From assembly GCA_965243135.1 (NCBI GenBank), contig OZ251539.1, positions 5,376,001-5,440,000 of the forward strand: a stretch of DNA of 64,000 nucleotides. Direction: 5' to 3'. Below the pieces are notes generated by a model, which was not told the origin of the DNA, did no database searches, and saw only the letters and a list, made by a program, of their open reading frames with translations. Each line of letters starts with the position of its first letter. The stretch's first letter is position 1. The position numbers and the translations under genes are program-made. This document shows positions 41,774 through 52,676 of the stretch, in pieces. The stretch comes from Alphaproteobacteria bacterium (GTDB lineage: Bacteria; Pseudomonadota; Alphaproteobacteria; MPNO01; UBA830).

Positions 41774-43416
41774 GGTCCTTGGGGGAGAGCGGGACGCCAG
41801 GAGCGGAGACGCTCCTCGCCTGCGCCCCACGGCAGCCAGGCAGCAGGGCCTTCGGGCGGCGGACCGCGATGCCGGGCGCAGGCATCGAGATAACCGAGTA
41901 GCCAGCGGTACGGCGAGACGCCGGCCATCTCGAGCGTGCCGAAGATGGAATAGAGCATGCCCGCCAACTGCGCTCCGTCCACGCTATGCGACCCGAACGA
42001 GAGCTTCCGGCCGATCGCGAGGCCGCGCAGGCCGCGTTCGGCGGGGTTGTTGTCCATGGGAACGTCTGCGTTGTCGACGAACACTGTCAGGCCGTCGCGG
42101 TGGCGTAGCAGGGAGTCCAGAGGGCCGCGTTGCGCCGCGCTCTCCGGAAGCGCGTCCCGTGCCTTTTTCGCCGCCGCGAAGAACGCTCCGGCGAATCTCG
42201 CGAGCCGCCGCTGGGCGGCGGCGTTGCCCGGACACGCCAGACGCCTGGCGTTGAGTCGGTACAATGCCGCAATGTGACGAAGCCATTTTTGGGCGAACTT
42301 CGCGAGGTTCGGGTAGCCGGTCTCAAGGTTGATGAAGTCCCGTCTGGCATGGACCCAACAATATGAAAGGACGATGCACCCTTCCATGACGCGCGCCAGC
42401 TTCCGGTAGGCGGAGTAGCGGTCGCAGACCAGGTGAGCCGCCTGTTCGGGCGAGCCGAGCCCCCTGAACAGTTCAAGGGCGGCTTCCGCGCTGCGCGACG
42501 GCAGAATAACGATGCGAACCGCGTCCGCCGACCGGGCGATCCATGCCCAGGCGCGAGCGTTGCCGCCGTCTTCTTCGCCCAACTCCCGTATCCACCACCC
42601 TGTTTCGTCGCCGTGAACGACCGGCGCCTCCGACAGGCGCCGGGAGATCTCATCGTCGAGCGGCTCGAACAGTCGCAGGAATCCCCGCTGAGCGTCCGCC
42701 AACGTGCCGGGCGCAATGGCAAGCCCGTGCTGACCCAGCGCGCGGCAGACCGAGCGCAACGGACGGTGCAGGCCGTACCTCTCCGCCAGGACGTACGCCC
42801 AGACGGAAACTCCGTACCGAGTGTTCGGAAACAGCCGCGCCGGAGCCGGGCCGACGGCCTCCTTTTCCGGTCGGCAGGTACAGGTCGGGCGCAGCCGCTT
42901 CCGTCGAATCCTCCGGACATAGGTGACGGTCCTGGTCTCGATGAGATCCGTGTCCTTCCAACCGTTCGAGACCCAGGCCTTGCCGCAGTCCGGACACGTG
43001 CGCTCGTCCGGAAGCGACTCCTCCTCGCGAACGGGCAGCTCGGGGTGCGGCGTGCGGCCGTGCGACGGCGTTCCCTGACTGCGCCCCCGGCGTCGACCGG
43101 TTGCCGTAGGCTGCCGCTCGCTGCGGCGCCCGAACAACTCCCGGGCAAACCTGCGGCTGCGGGACTTCAGACTCTCGTTCTCTGCCGTCTCTCGGGGCGG
43201 CGCCTCGCGTCTCTTTTTCAGGATTCTAATCAGCGCCATCGCCCGGTGGAAAGCTCCCTGCCACCTCTCGGCGTCGCGGCGAAACTTCTCCGCTTTATCG
43301 AGTGCGCTTTCCAGCGCCTGGCAGAGAGCCGCATTCGCTCGGCATGCCGCAGCCAGAGCTTGGCCGTCGCCCGACAGCTCGGTCCCGGAAAGCGTGCGTG
43401 CAGATTCGACCGCCAT
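41770..43416 (-). CDS. tnpC: IS66 transposase TnpC
   Basis: LFGRRSE, CPDCG, HGDETGW, CDRYSAY, CWVHARRDF, DNNPAERGLR. Confidence 0.93.
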   Translation of the reverse strand: MAVESARTLSGTELSGDGQALAAACRANAALCQALESALDKAEKFRRDAERWQGAFHRAMALIRILKKRREAPPRETAENESLKSRSRRFARELFGRRSERQPTATGRRRGRSQGTPSHGRTPHPELPVREEESLPDERTCPDCGKAWVSNGWKDTDLIETRTVTYVRRIRRKRLRPTCTCRPEKEAVGPAPARLFPNTRYGVSVWAYVLAERYGLHRPLRSVCRALGQHGLAIAPGTLADAQRGFLRLFEPLDDEISRRLSEAPVVHGDETGWWIRELGEEDGGNARAWAWIARSADAVRIVILPSRSAEAALELFRGLGSPEQAAHLVCDRYSAYRKLARVMEGCIVLSYCWVHARRDFINLETGYPNLAKFAQKWLRHIAALYRLNARRLACPGNAAAQRRLARFAGAFFAAAKKARDALPESAAQRGPLDSLLRHRDGLTVFVDNADVPMDNNPAERGLRGLAIGRKLSFGSHSVDGAQLAGMLYSIFGTLEMAGVSPYRWLLGYLDACARHRGPPPEGPAAWLPWGAGEERLRSWRPALPQGP

Positions 43417-43877
43417 GGCAGCCGTATACAAGAACAAAAGAAGAGTGTCCAGGCCTGGGCGATTCGCCTGGCTCGACAGCCCGCTTCGCAACCGAACGCT
43501 TACTCTCCGGGACTTCGCGAGAAACCTGTTGCCGGGTGCCAACCAGAGGGGCGGCGTAGGCCGCGGCAGTACCCGAAACGAACGCGCCCTCCCGGTCAAG
43601 GACGTCTGGTTGAAGCCCCTGCCTGGAGGCAGGCCTCAACGTCGCCACCCCACGACCGAACGCTTACGACTGCCCCATGCACGCGACCATACTCCAGGCG
43701 AACTGCCCGCGGAAACCCGCGCCGTTGCCGAAACCACATCGCTCCGTAAACGACCGGGACTTCAACGCCAGGCACTCGAGAATGGAGCGCGTTGATTCCC
43801 GCCTGCGTTGATCGTACTTTCGACAGGAAGGCTCGTGTAACGAGGATGGCGACGAGGGCAGAAAAATGAACGCGCGC

Positions 43878-46690
43878 ATGACTGAGATCCCCCCCCCCCC
43901 CCCCCATCAATGGCATTTACTTAGCGAAAATCGCCATTAACTTAAGAATGCGGTTTTTTTCCGCCGAGTTTTGCCTTTCCGGCTAACCTGCCGCTTTCGC
44001 CGTTTTGGGCGCCTTCCATTTTCCGATCGGCTTTCTCGATCTCCGATCGTAAGATCTGTTCGGGCGCAACCTTTGTCGACATATGGTGAGGTCGTTAACG
44101 ATTTCCGTAATAGTCTGTCTGATCATGTTCGCCTGCTGGAGAATCAACGCTTCGATGTTTCTTGCGACTGTCGTCAAGCCGTTCTTGAAATTGGTCTGCA
44201 TCGCCGGCTTTCCGCGGTCCGAGCGATGGTTGTCGATCCAGTCTTCGCTGCGGTTCGAGAACGATCTTGTCAGGGTTATCAGGACGAAATGGGCAAAGAG
44301 TTCCTGTTTGACGCCGCGCTCCTGCCGGCCGTGGAATTCTTCGATGGTCATCAGCTGCTTGGATATCTTGTAAAGTTCCTCAATGCTCCAGCGCCCATGG
44401 TACAGGTCGGACAAATCTTCGACAGGATACCTGTCTTTGTCGAACAACGTGGTTCCGAGAACGTAAGACGTTCCGTTAACTGCGTATTTAACCAAACGTA
44501 TGCCATGGTCGATTTGCTGGATCCGTAATTTTTTCCGGACTTTCGCAGTTGGGCTTACGGCGACTACCGCATCGGTCTCGTCGCTGGCGATAAAGGCGTC
44601 GAATACGTTATTGGCCTTTTCCTTGATTCTGAATACCGGATGAATCCCGCGCGTCACATGGCGATGCAACACCTCCCAAGCATAATAACCGCGGACCACG
44701 ACATCGTTACCCGACAATGCTCCCAGATGGGTAAGCGCCGCCTTCCGCTCGTCGTCATGAGAGAAAAGGTCGAAATCGATCGGAATTTTCGATCTCAGAC
44801 GGTACAGGCAACTTAGCAGACCCTGCGGGTGCCATGCGTTGTCGGACGGAATACGATAACCGTTTTTCGTCAGAGTGCGCGGGAGATTGATCTTCGACCC
44901 GTCCACCGCGAAGATCCGATGTCCTTTCCACAACCTGTCGTCGTCCCGGTCGATCTGTCGGAGAATTTCCTCGTGGATATCCTTGAAAACGCTTTCGTTC
45001 ACCTTCGCACGGGCATTGGACATGGCGGCCGGCGATACCGGCGCCGGTTGCGGCAAGGTTATTCCCAACGTTCGGCACTGCCCCCAAAGATCGACCAGCG
45101 TGGTTCCGTAACCCTGCCGCCCCTTCGAGAATACCAGGCGAAAGACGAAGAGCACCACCAACAACGTGTTCAGAACGCGCGCGCGCTTTTGCCATGTCCG
45201 GTCATGCTCGTTCGCAACGTCGACCACCGCCGCGACGATGTTCTTCCACAGCTGGACAAAGGGATCGTCCGGAGAAAACGTCGGTATCTGTTGAGGCTTG
45301 CAGGCAATCCGTGACCTACGGGACTTGTGAACGGTCCGCGGCCCGTCACGCAGGATCGCCTGGCAGTTTCCGGCCAAAGGATAAACGAAAACTCCTTTCC
45401 GGGGCTTGGTTTGCTTGCCGGCCTTGCGCGGCTTCGTCTGGCCGAGATATGTCCAGTTCGCCGCCCGGTAACAGATCGCATCGAACCTGCTCGTGTCGAC
45501 ATAAGTCTCGATCGCTACCGGTTTGTAGCCGTGACGCTTCTTCCAGTCGTCGGCGAGTTGCCGACACGCCAGCGCGAGCGCCTTCGACGCCAGATTGTTT
45601 ACCTTCACCCACGGCAGAATCAGAAACCGGCTGTTCTGGACCACCAGATGCAGATGCCTCTTTCGCGAAGCCTCCTGCCAGCCAACCCAATCGTCGCGGC
45701 AAGCCAGCGCCTTCGACGCGCCTGAAAACAACAGGCAGCCGAGCTTGCGTCCCTGCCGGTCGACTATGAAATAACGCAGACGAGGACCTCGGGGTTGTTT
45801 GAATCCCAGGTAATGATACCTGTCGACCAATTCGTTCCATTCGTCCACTTCTTCCGTGACAACCCGGAGGGCGAGCGGCTCGAGAGCGCTCAGGTCCTCC
45901 TCGATGGACGGCTGCGGTTCTCCCCGATCGGTCCGAACGACCGGCTTTTGCGGACCGCGCCGCTTCGACTCATTGATCGGAGGGAGCGACAGAATGCCGT
46001 GCTCTTCGAGATGCTCCAGCAGACGCAGGCACGCCCCGGTTGTTCCCCTTGGGCGTGACCCAACCCAGAAGCTCGCAAACCCTGTGCCCCAGCTTGCGGC
46101 GGCTGAGCTCCGGAGATCCTGCAACCGCTTCCTGAACGTCGGCAATCCGCCGGCGCGTCAGCCGCTTGCCGAAAAACGTGGTCGACTTGAGCTTCTTGAT
46201 CTTCGGGTCCATCGGTCCGCTCCGGCGCGTTGACGACCCGCCGAGACTGCCCGAATCGGAAATGAGATGCAAGAGCTATTTTCGAGAACGTCGGAAATCA
46301 CCTGATTCATTGTCAAATCAACCCATTATGGAACTATTGACCACCCCGGCGAGCGCTCGCCGCAGTAAATGCCATTGCCCCCCCATAATCTGAAGCGAGG
46401 CTTCATCGCGCTCCGCGGCGCGGCGGCTTTTCTGCTCTTCCTCCTCGCGCCGGGCGCGGCGCTGGCGCAGGGCTGCGGGGGAACGACAACTGCAATATCG
46501 TCCCACAGCACGCTCACCTGCGCCGACCAGGCGCATAGCAATGTCCGCTTCATCGGGCAAGGCAGCGTCAACATCACGATCATCGCCCCGGGCGGGACAG
46601 CGACCACGATCTCGGGGAATTCCGTCCTCCACGCCCTCAGCATCGTCGCCTCAACCAACGCCGCTTCCGGCAACTCGACGCTAGCTACCC
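43878..46690 (+). pseudogene. secreted protein gene split by the IS4 element and truncated by an IS630 remnant
   Basis: ATG at 43878 precedes the C-tract; after the IS comes a signal-peptide-like AAFLLFLLAPGAALAQ and a T/S/G/N-rich region. Confidence 0.5.
43908..46377 (-). mobile_element. IS4-family element with DUF4338-transposase fusion (CDS 43983-46212, frameshift near 5' end)
   Basis: 14-bp TIR CAATGGCATTTACT; TSD CCCCCCCAT; DUF4338 WNELVDRYHYLG...CYRAANW; DDE motifs AVDGSK and LYHGRWSIEELYK. Confidence 0.9.
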
Positions 46691-47007
46691 TCCCGCGACC
46701 AAACTCCGGCTGGTTCTCGACAACCATTCTGCGCACACTTCCAAGGAAACGAGGGCCTTTCTGGCGACCTTGCCCAACCGGCTTGAGTTCGTGTTCACGC
46801 CGAAGCACGGGCTGAACTTGGTGGAGTCGTTCTTCAGCAAGGTCTCTCGCACCCTGCTTCGCGGAATCCGCGTGGCCTCGAAGGAAGAACTGGTAGAACG
46901 CATCCAGCGATACCAGATCAACCAACAACCTGTTGTGTTCAAATGGACCTACAAGATGGATAGCATACCAGAAGTGTAGGTGGATTATTTTGGAAATTCT
47001 ATACTAG
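46690..47007 (+). mobile_element. IS630-family remnant (3' part)
   Basis: LVLDNHSAH, FVFTPKHG, LNLVESFFS, FKWTY; ends in CTAG. Confidence 0.75.
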
Positions 47008-47226
47008 TCGGCAACACGCCTGCGGATATGGCGAAGAAGAGGATGATTGACCGGTCGGGGGACACGGCCTACAAGCCGTACACTTGGGACGAGCTGCATC
47101 CTTCGAGGAAGAAGGTGTTCGAGATGGTGGTCGACATGATCTGGCCCAAGCCCGAGGAGGTCAACGACCGTAATGCGGAGAACCAAGAATAGCGTACTGT
47201 ACAGTCTACAAAACAAGGAGAGACAA

Positions 47227-47820
47227 GTGAAGAAATTGGGTATCGCCGTCCTAGTGACGGTAGGAATGATGACTTCGGCGCAAGCGAGCGATTTCGAGGT
47301 CATGGAGAACAGCGGTGGATCCGTTATCGTCAATTTGGGGTACAACATCAAGTTGAACTCGAAGTCTTCGATGAAGCGGAAGTGGATTACGGTCAATCAG
47401 AAGGGTTTCCCCGCTAAGCTCATTGGAAAGGATACCGGTGTCGGTGTGGAGTACAAGCACCGTCGATCGACCGGAGACTACAGGTACACCGGTAAGTTCA
47501 CAATGATCTCGAACCAAGACCTCAGGGCTTATCAGGTGAAATGCGCGGTGCTAGACGCTTGGAACAAGGTGGATAAATCGCTAGTGGCTAACTACGTGGC
47601 GGACGTCAAGGCCGGTGTTCCCGTGACGGAGAAGCCTATTTGGCGACTTTTCAGGGAAAACGAAGCAACCTTGTATTGGTCGTCTATTTGTTTCGTGAAC
47701 AAGGTCAGATTGGCGACCGGTGAGGTCAAGGAAACTTCGGAGCAGGGAGTGCTCGGGATCATTCGTGATTTCGCCAAGGACGTGACGAAGGAAGACTTAC
47801 AGCCTTCGGATAAGAAATAG
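47227..47820 (+). CDS. secreted hypothetical protein
   Basis: AAGGAG RBS; signal peptide KKLGIAVLVTVGMMTSAQA. Confidence 0.75.
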   Translation: MKKLGIAVLVTVGMMTSAQASDFEVMENSGGSVIVNLGYNIKLNSKSSMKRKWITVNQKGFPAKLIGKDTGVGVEYKHRRSTGDYRYTGKFTMISNQDLRAYQVKCAVLDAWNKVDKSLVANYVADVKAGVPVTEKPIWRLFRENEATLYWSSICFVNKVRLATGEVKETSEQGVLGIIRDFAKDVTKEDLQPSDKK

Positions 47821-47830
47821 CGAGGAAGGA

Positions 47831-48007
47831 ATGACAGACATCGAAAAGTTCAGAGCTATGGTGCAGGCCGCCTACGTCAGAGAGGCTTTCATCCGGCTCA
47901 GAAACAAGGTACTCGCCTGGTTGGTCTGGAACGTAGGTGTGGTGCTTACGGCGACCATTTTCTATCTGGGAGTTACCGAGGTGCAACATATGCCGACGGT
48001 TGCTTGA
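47831..48007 (+). CDS. 58-aa single-TM membrane protein
   Basis: GAGGAAGGA RBS, 10 bp after the previous stop; hydrophobic VLAWLVWNVGVVLTATIFYLGV. Confidence 0.5.
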   Translation: MTDIEKFRAMVQAAYVREAFIRLRNKVLAWLVWNVGVVLTATIFYLGVTEVQHMPTVA

Positions 48008-48138
48008 CGACATATGCCGGTTGCTCGACGAGCCTCGCTCGGCCCACGGTAACGCGCCATGAAAAAAACATTCCAACTCGCTCGCTAGCCTCCGAGGCGA
48101 CCCCGCTTCGAACGTAGATCGGTACCGTCGGGTGCGAT

Positions 48139-48276
48139 CCTGTATTCAAAAAATCACCATGCTGCAGTGTCTTGTATTTCATGGAATTTCAAACAGAGCC
48201 TGATCAAACGTGGTCCATGTGAAAAATTTCGGTGATGCCGCCGGAAGGCGACAAGCGAATTTTCGGGAGGCGTCGC
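48139..48276 (+). mobile_element. IS1380-like left end
   Basis: Begins CCTGTATTC; contiguous with 31677-31568 in the reconstructed pre-inversion state. Confidence 0.45.
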
Positions 48277-49908
48277 GGGTGTGAATCTCATATTGCCAAA
48301 GTCAAGTTTTCCATTGTCAGGCTGCGATGGCCTCCTGATCGTCGTTCGCGATGCTTGCTCCGACCATTGCTTGCCATGCCGAATCGAATCGGTCTGACTT
48401 TATCAATGCCCTGAAGGTGAGGACGTTCTGACCGCCTTCGATGCTCCAACGCATGCCGGCCCGTTTCATGCGCTGGTTGACCAGCACCTTGTTGGCGGCT
48501 TCGACAACACCCGACCCGATCGTGTAACCCATGGCATTCAGGGCCGCGTAACGCATGCGGCGCCTGTGCTTCTGGAAAAACCTGAGTTCGCGTTCGAGAT
48601 CCTTGAGTGCCGTCGCAGTCGTCGCCTTGTCGCGAAGATGGCGGATCGCCCGAATGACCTTGTCGATACCGTTGGCATCGTCGCGCAGGATGGCACGGTA
48701 CTTGTCGTACCAATCGGTTGCGACTGCATGGTCGGCGACGTCGCTGAGATGTTCGCATGCATGGAAGAAATCGATCGCCCGCTCGTCGGGCTGAAGCCTC
48801 TCAAGAAACGTCCAGTTGTCGGCTGCGGCGTCGGCGACAGCGACGAGTTGAAGATCGGGTCTCACTTTCCGGATGTGGGCGACCTCTTCCGCGATCTGCG
48901 CTTTCAGCGTTACCTTGCCGGCTTCCGGCATAAAAATACAATGTTTCCAAGCGATTGCCGTCCGCGTCATGGAAACTGACCGTCCCGCAAGACGCTTCGC
49001 GCCAGCATGCTTCTTCGCGCCCGTTGGGGCGAAGCGCAACCCCATCGAGCGAGACAGCGAAAGAAACCGCCTCCGTCGGCACCGGTTTCGCCTTCCGGAT
49101 TTCGTCCATGGCCGCCTCGCCTTTCTCCTTCCAGAGATCGCCCGCCGTAACCAAAAGACGTTGCAGATGGCTCGTCGACGGGTTCATGCCCCCCAGTTTT
49201 TCGAAGAGTTTGACCGCGTCTCTCGGCGTACAGTGGTCCATGATCAGGAGAGCGCGGTAAGCGGCTGGAACCGTGAGATAACCGTCGACCAGCCCCAGGC
49301 TTTCATCGACCGGCGAGATGGACGAACTTCCCGAATGCACGCGATACCGCGAGCGGGAGAACGTGACAGGACCGAACAATGTGTGGATGGTCTTTTGCGT
49401 CGGTGCAGCCCGGTAGAAAACCTGACCCTCCCGGCGAACCGGGCCTTCCTCCACGTCCCGCGCTTCAATGTAATCGCCTACGGCCGCCCGGCAGATCGCG
49501 TAGGTATGCTGGAACAACTCGGTTTCGAAACCGGCGAACGCCTCGGAACCCTGATCTTGTCGTTCCACCCACTCGAAGGCTGCGGCTGACTGGAATGCCT
49601 CGGCAGTCGCCGCGGGGAGCTTCGAGAAATCGATGGACAAACCGGCCGAAGGCTGTAATGCTGGCATGGGAATGCTCCTGATGTTGTGGTTTGATGCCAA
49701 CATTTTACCGCATCTTGCGGCTTGGAGCATTCCTTTTTTCGCGCCCCCCCCCCCCCCCCCCGCCATCGTGACAAAATCCGCGCCCGGAACGGCGATTTGT
49801 CACGAAATCGCTGATTTTGGCCTTGAAGCGCTATCGCGCAAACTTTGTTAATCCTTAAAAATCAACACCTTATAGATTTTTCAATTTGGCAATATCAGAT
49901 TTGCACCC
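48277..49908 (-). mobile_element. ISKra4-like insertion sequence, copy 2 (inverted)
   Basis: Same TIRs and ORFs as copy 1; the only visible difference is poly-G length. Confidence 0.92.
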
Positions 49909-50404
49909 GTTCTGGAATGCCGCGTACACATCTGAATTCATGATCGAGGGCGATATTTCTCTCGATGTTTGTCAAGAAATAGATTTTATTCGTCACAAAT
50001 CTTCATATTGCAAAATCGGTCGCTGTCCAGACGACTATCCACGCAATTATATAGAGATCGGCAGTCGCCTGATGGCAATCATACTTACGAATAATTTTAC
50101 GGATAAGAAGGGACTTATTCCGGGATCTCCAAACGGACATTTGAACCAAATGAATAAGAGTGATTTTAGCCTTCGTCAAATCAAGAATGTGCTTGGCGGA
50201 AATCAGGTCTCATTCAACGGGCCGATCAAGCACGAATCTTCGCGTCAGGCTGTCATGAGAGGGGCACTGGCCTTATACGGATCTAAGCAGGATAAAGCGG
50301 CAGCGGAGCTCATAGCGTTGCTGGAAAACGATGATATTTTCGATAAGGCTCTTTGCGAAGTCGTTGCGCAACGCTTCCATTTTCCCAGTTATTCTCTCAC
50401 ATGA
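49909..50404 (+). pseudogene. 3' half of the ART/DarT-like protein
   Basis: Begins with TSD GTTCTGGA (FWN); TSEFMIEGDISLD. Confidence 0.75.
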
Positions 50405-50647
50405 CCAAGTCATAATTGCCGGATAAAGGACAAAGGAGGTGATTATCTCCTCTTCTTCGAACACACCTGACAGTGAAAATTTTTTAAGAGGCACTTGTCC
50501 GCGTCGTCTCGAACCCCGGTCGAGCTTGAGAAAGCGCTTGTCCGCTACGCGGCGCCGCGCCTTGAGATCGGACGCACGATCTCGGGTGGCGGCAAGCGCT
50601 CTTTGCCTTCGATTTCACCTACATATCATCATGTGCATGAAAAAGAG

Positions 50648-51595
50648 TTATAGTCGAAAAATTTCTCTTCCCTTAACTAAAACCTCTTGGCCAGTTTCCA
50701 GCATGTAAGACTCTTGGAGAAAATAAACAATCCATCGCTTAGCGATGTCCCAAACCCGAACATATTCGTTCATTCCTCTAGTATGATCGTCTAGATGATT
50801 AGATAGGAATTCCTGCGCCTTCGTGTCTGTCAATCCAGTTGAAGCCAGTTTGTCTATTTCGGCGAAAAACGGCATCTGCCGTAGTATTCCTGCCACATAT
50901 GCTGTGAACAAATCTTCGGTTAACCCCTGCGGCGGTGACAGCGCGGCGAGATCGTCCTGGGCTGCCTCGAACGCACTGCTAACCATAGTATCGGCGCCGC
51001 GACCGCAATATACTTCCCAAAGACGATCCGGAACAGGGCATTGAGGTACCCAGAGCGTGGTTTCTTCATCTCCCGCTTTGTCTTCGACTTCGGGAGGACG
51101 GCGTCCTGGTCGAGTTTGTTTGAATTGTTCTGCCCGTTTTCTGACTTGTTCACGCAGTTGTTCAGTGGCCTGGATGGCGGACCCCAATAGCGCGGTCTCC
51201 CAGTCCATCAGTCCGGGATATTCCGCCGGCAGTGCAACAAGAAGCTCCACGTTCGACGGTGTGCTCCAGCCGAGTCCACGCGATGTGAGATTAGCAGAAC
51301 CTACAAGAGTTCTTTGATTGTTCGAATAATATTTGGCGTGCAAGTGGGGGTGAACCAGGAGTCGGCCACCCCGTACCCGTGTGACATCTTCGAAAATTTC
51401 GAGATCGCAAACACCCGAAGCAATGTCTTCGGGAAGCCAACGCGTGATGCAGGCGCAATCGGAAACCGTGTCGGGAAGAGCCCCAAGCAAGCGGCGGACG
51501 GTCGCTGATTTTATGTAGGGCGCCGCGATGACGACCCGGCTAGTCGCGTTCTCCATAAGCTCAAGAAGCGCGTCTCCTGGAAACACGACGGTCAT
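50648..51595 (-). CDS. PLD-family (single HKD-type) nuclease-like protein
   Basis: IAAPYIK, LHAKYY......VGSANLT..GL.....N.E. Confidence 0.85.
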   Translation of the reverse strand: MTVVFPGDALLELMENATSRVVIAAPYIKSATVRRLLGALPDTVSDCACITRWLPEDIASGVCDLEIFEDVTRVRGGRLLVHPHLHAKYYSNNQRTLVGSANLTSRGLGWSTPSNVELLVALPAEYPGLMDWETALLGSAIQATEQLREQVRKRAEQFKQTRPGRRPPEVEDKAGDEETTLWVPQCPVPDRLWEVYCGRGADTMVSSAFEAAQDDLAALSPPQGLTEDLFTAYVAGILRQMPFFAEIDKLASTGLTDTKAQEFLSNHLDDHTRGMNEYVRVWDIAKRWIVYFLQESYMLETGQEVLVKGREIFRL

Positions 51596-51596
51596 G

Positions 51597-52590
51597 TCAA
51601 TCGTCTTCCTGCTCGGTCAGGAAAAAGCGCGCCATCTTTCCCCATTCCTGCCGCATACCAAACAACCGCTCTTTCTGTCCTACCTCTTCCAATTCATAGC
51701 GAGCCCAAGCAGCGAACAACAATTCCAACGTGTCGGCGGCCCTGTGAATCCGGTCGATTAGGTCGGCGTCCGATTCGTCGCCGATTTTGGGTTCGAGCGA
51801 CTCCATAAGTTGTTCATAAAACGGGTGCTCGGTGTTGAAGACGACGGCGGTCACCCCCCCTTGCTGTTGTTCAGTATTGAAGAAAGCGTAGCCCTCCATC
51901 GCCTTGGTGAGGAATGCGACCTTGCGACGGCGTATAAGTGTCGCATTTGCGATTTTCTCAGCGACGTTCTCGGGGTACTGTTTGTCGTCCATCAAATCTT
52001 GCTTAAACTTCTCGCTGTCCTCTTCGGTGAATTCCGTACTATCGGACTCAATCGCATGCCCTTGTGCCGCGCGCTCTCGGAATTTTGTCGTTGCCTGATC
52101 CGCGACATCGGGCCCGTCGTGCCTCTCTTTATTCTTAATTTTCCTGTGAATGCTTGATTGGGCTTGTAGCCGCTTGCGTACTACCTTGATCTGTTCACGG
52201 ATGTGATCGGCGATAGGCAGCAGAAGAACGCGGGGGTCGCCTTCATCTTGGATGCGACGACAAAATTCGGACATCGATTCGCCAGGATCGGCTTCGGACT
52301 TCCACTCGAACTTAGACATCTGGGAAAGAATCGTCGCGTTCTGCTTGGTGTTGGTGACGCCGAACACTTCGTCCAGTGTCGAGGGAAACTCGACCTCTAC
52401 GCCCCACCAGCGGTCGATCGAGTCGTCGTTGCTCCAAGACCGATCGAGGTCCAGTTCGCGGCCTTCACGAACGATCGACAATCCGATGTTCTTGCCTGCA
52501 TGCTTGCCGTAGGGTCTAGTTCCACGGGCGCCCCCGTAATCGGTTAGGGTCTCTTGGCGCGCCCAGCTCATCCGAACGACAACATCATGG
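51597..52590 (-). pseudogene. C-terminal part of a GHKL/MORC-like ATPase (N-terminal ATPase motifs missing)
   Basis: GLSIVREGRELD...RWWGVEVEFP..LDEVFGVTNTKQ and FNTEHPFY resemble the S5-like and C-terminal regions of HATPase_c_3 proteins; stop is 1 bp before the PLD start. Confidence 0.6.
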
Positions 52591-52592
52591 CG

Positions 52593-52676
52593 CGCGCCGT
52601 CATACTCGATTACGACGACGCCAGCGGCAGCACTCGGATCGAGGAGGGGTACTTCGACGGGGCGGAGGCGGCGTGA
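52593..52676 (+). pseudogene. dndD: 3' tail of dndD
   Basis: RAVILDYDDASGSTRIEEGYF resembles the DndD C-terminus; stop overlaps the dndE start (TGATG). Confidence 0.7.

Larger units (their letters stand above)
40874..43667 (-). mobile_element. IS66-family element (TnpC + DUF4338, no tnpA/tnpB)
   Basis: 22-bp perfect TIR GTAAGCGTTCGGTCGTGGGGTG; 8-bp TSD GACTGCCC at 40866-40873 and 43668-43675. Confidence 0.95.

Noticed and set aside
31678-49908. Composite transposon inserted as one unit
   Set aside because: The outer flanks do not form a direct TSD; the TSDs are cross-swapped, as expected for an inversion.
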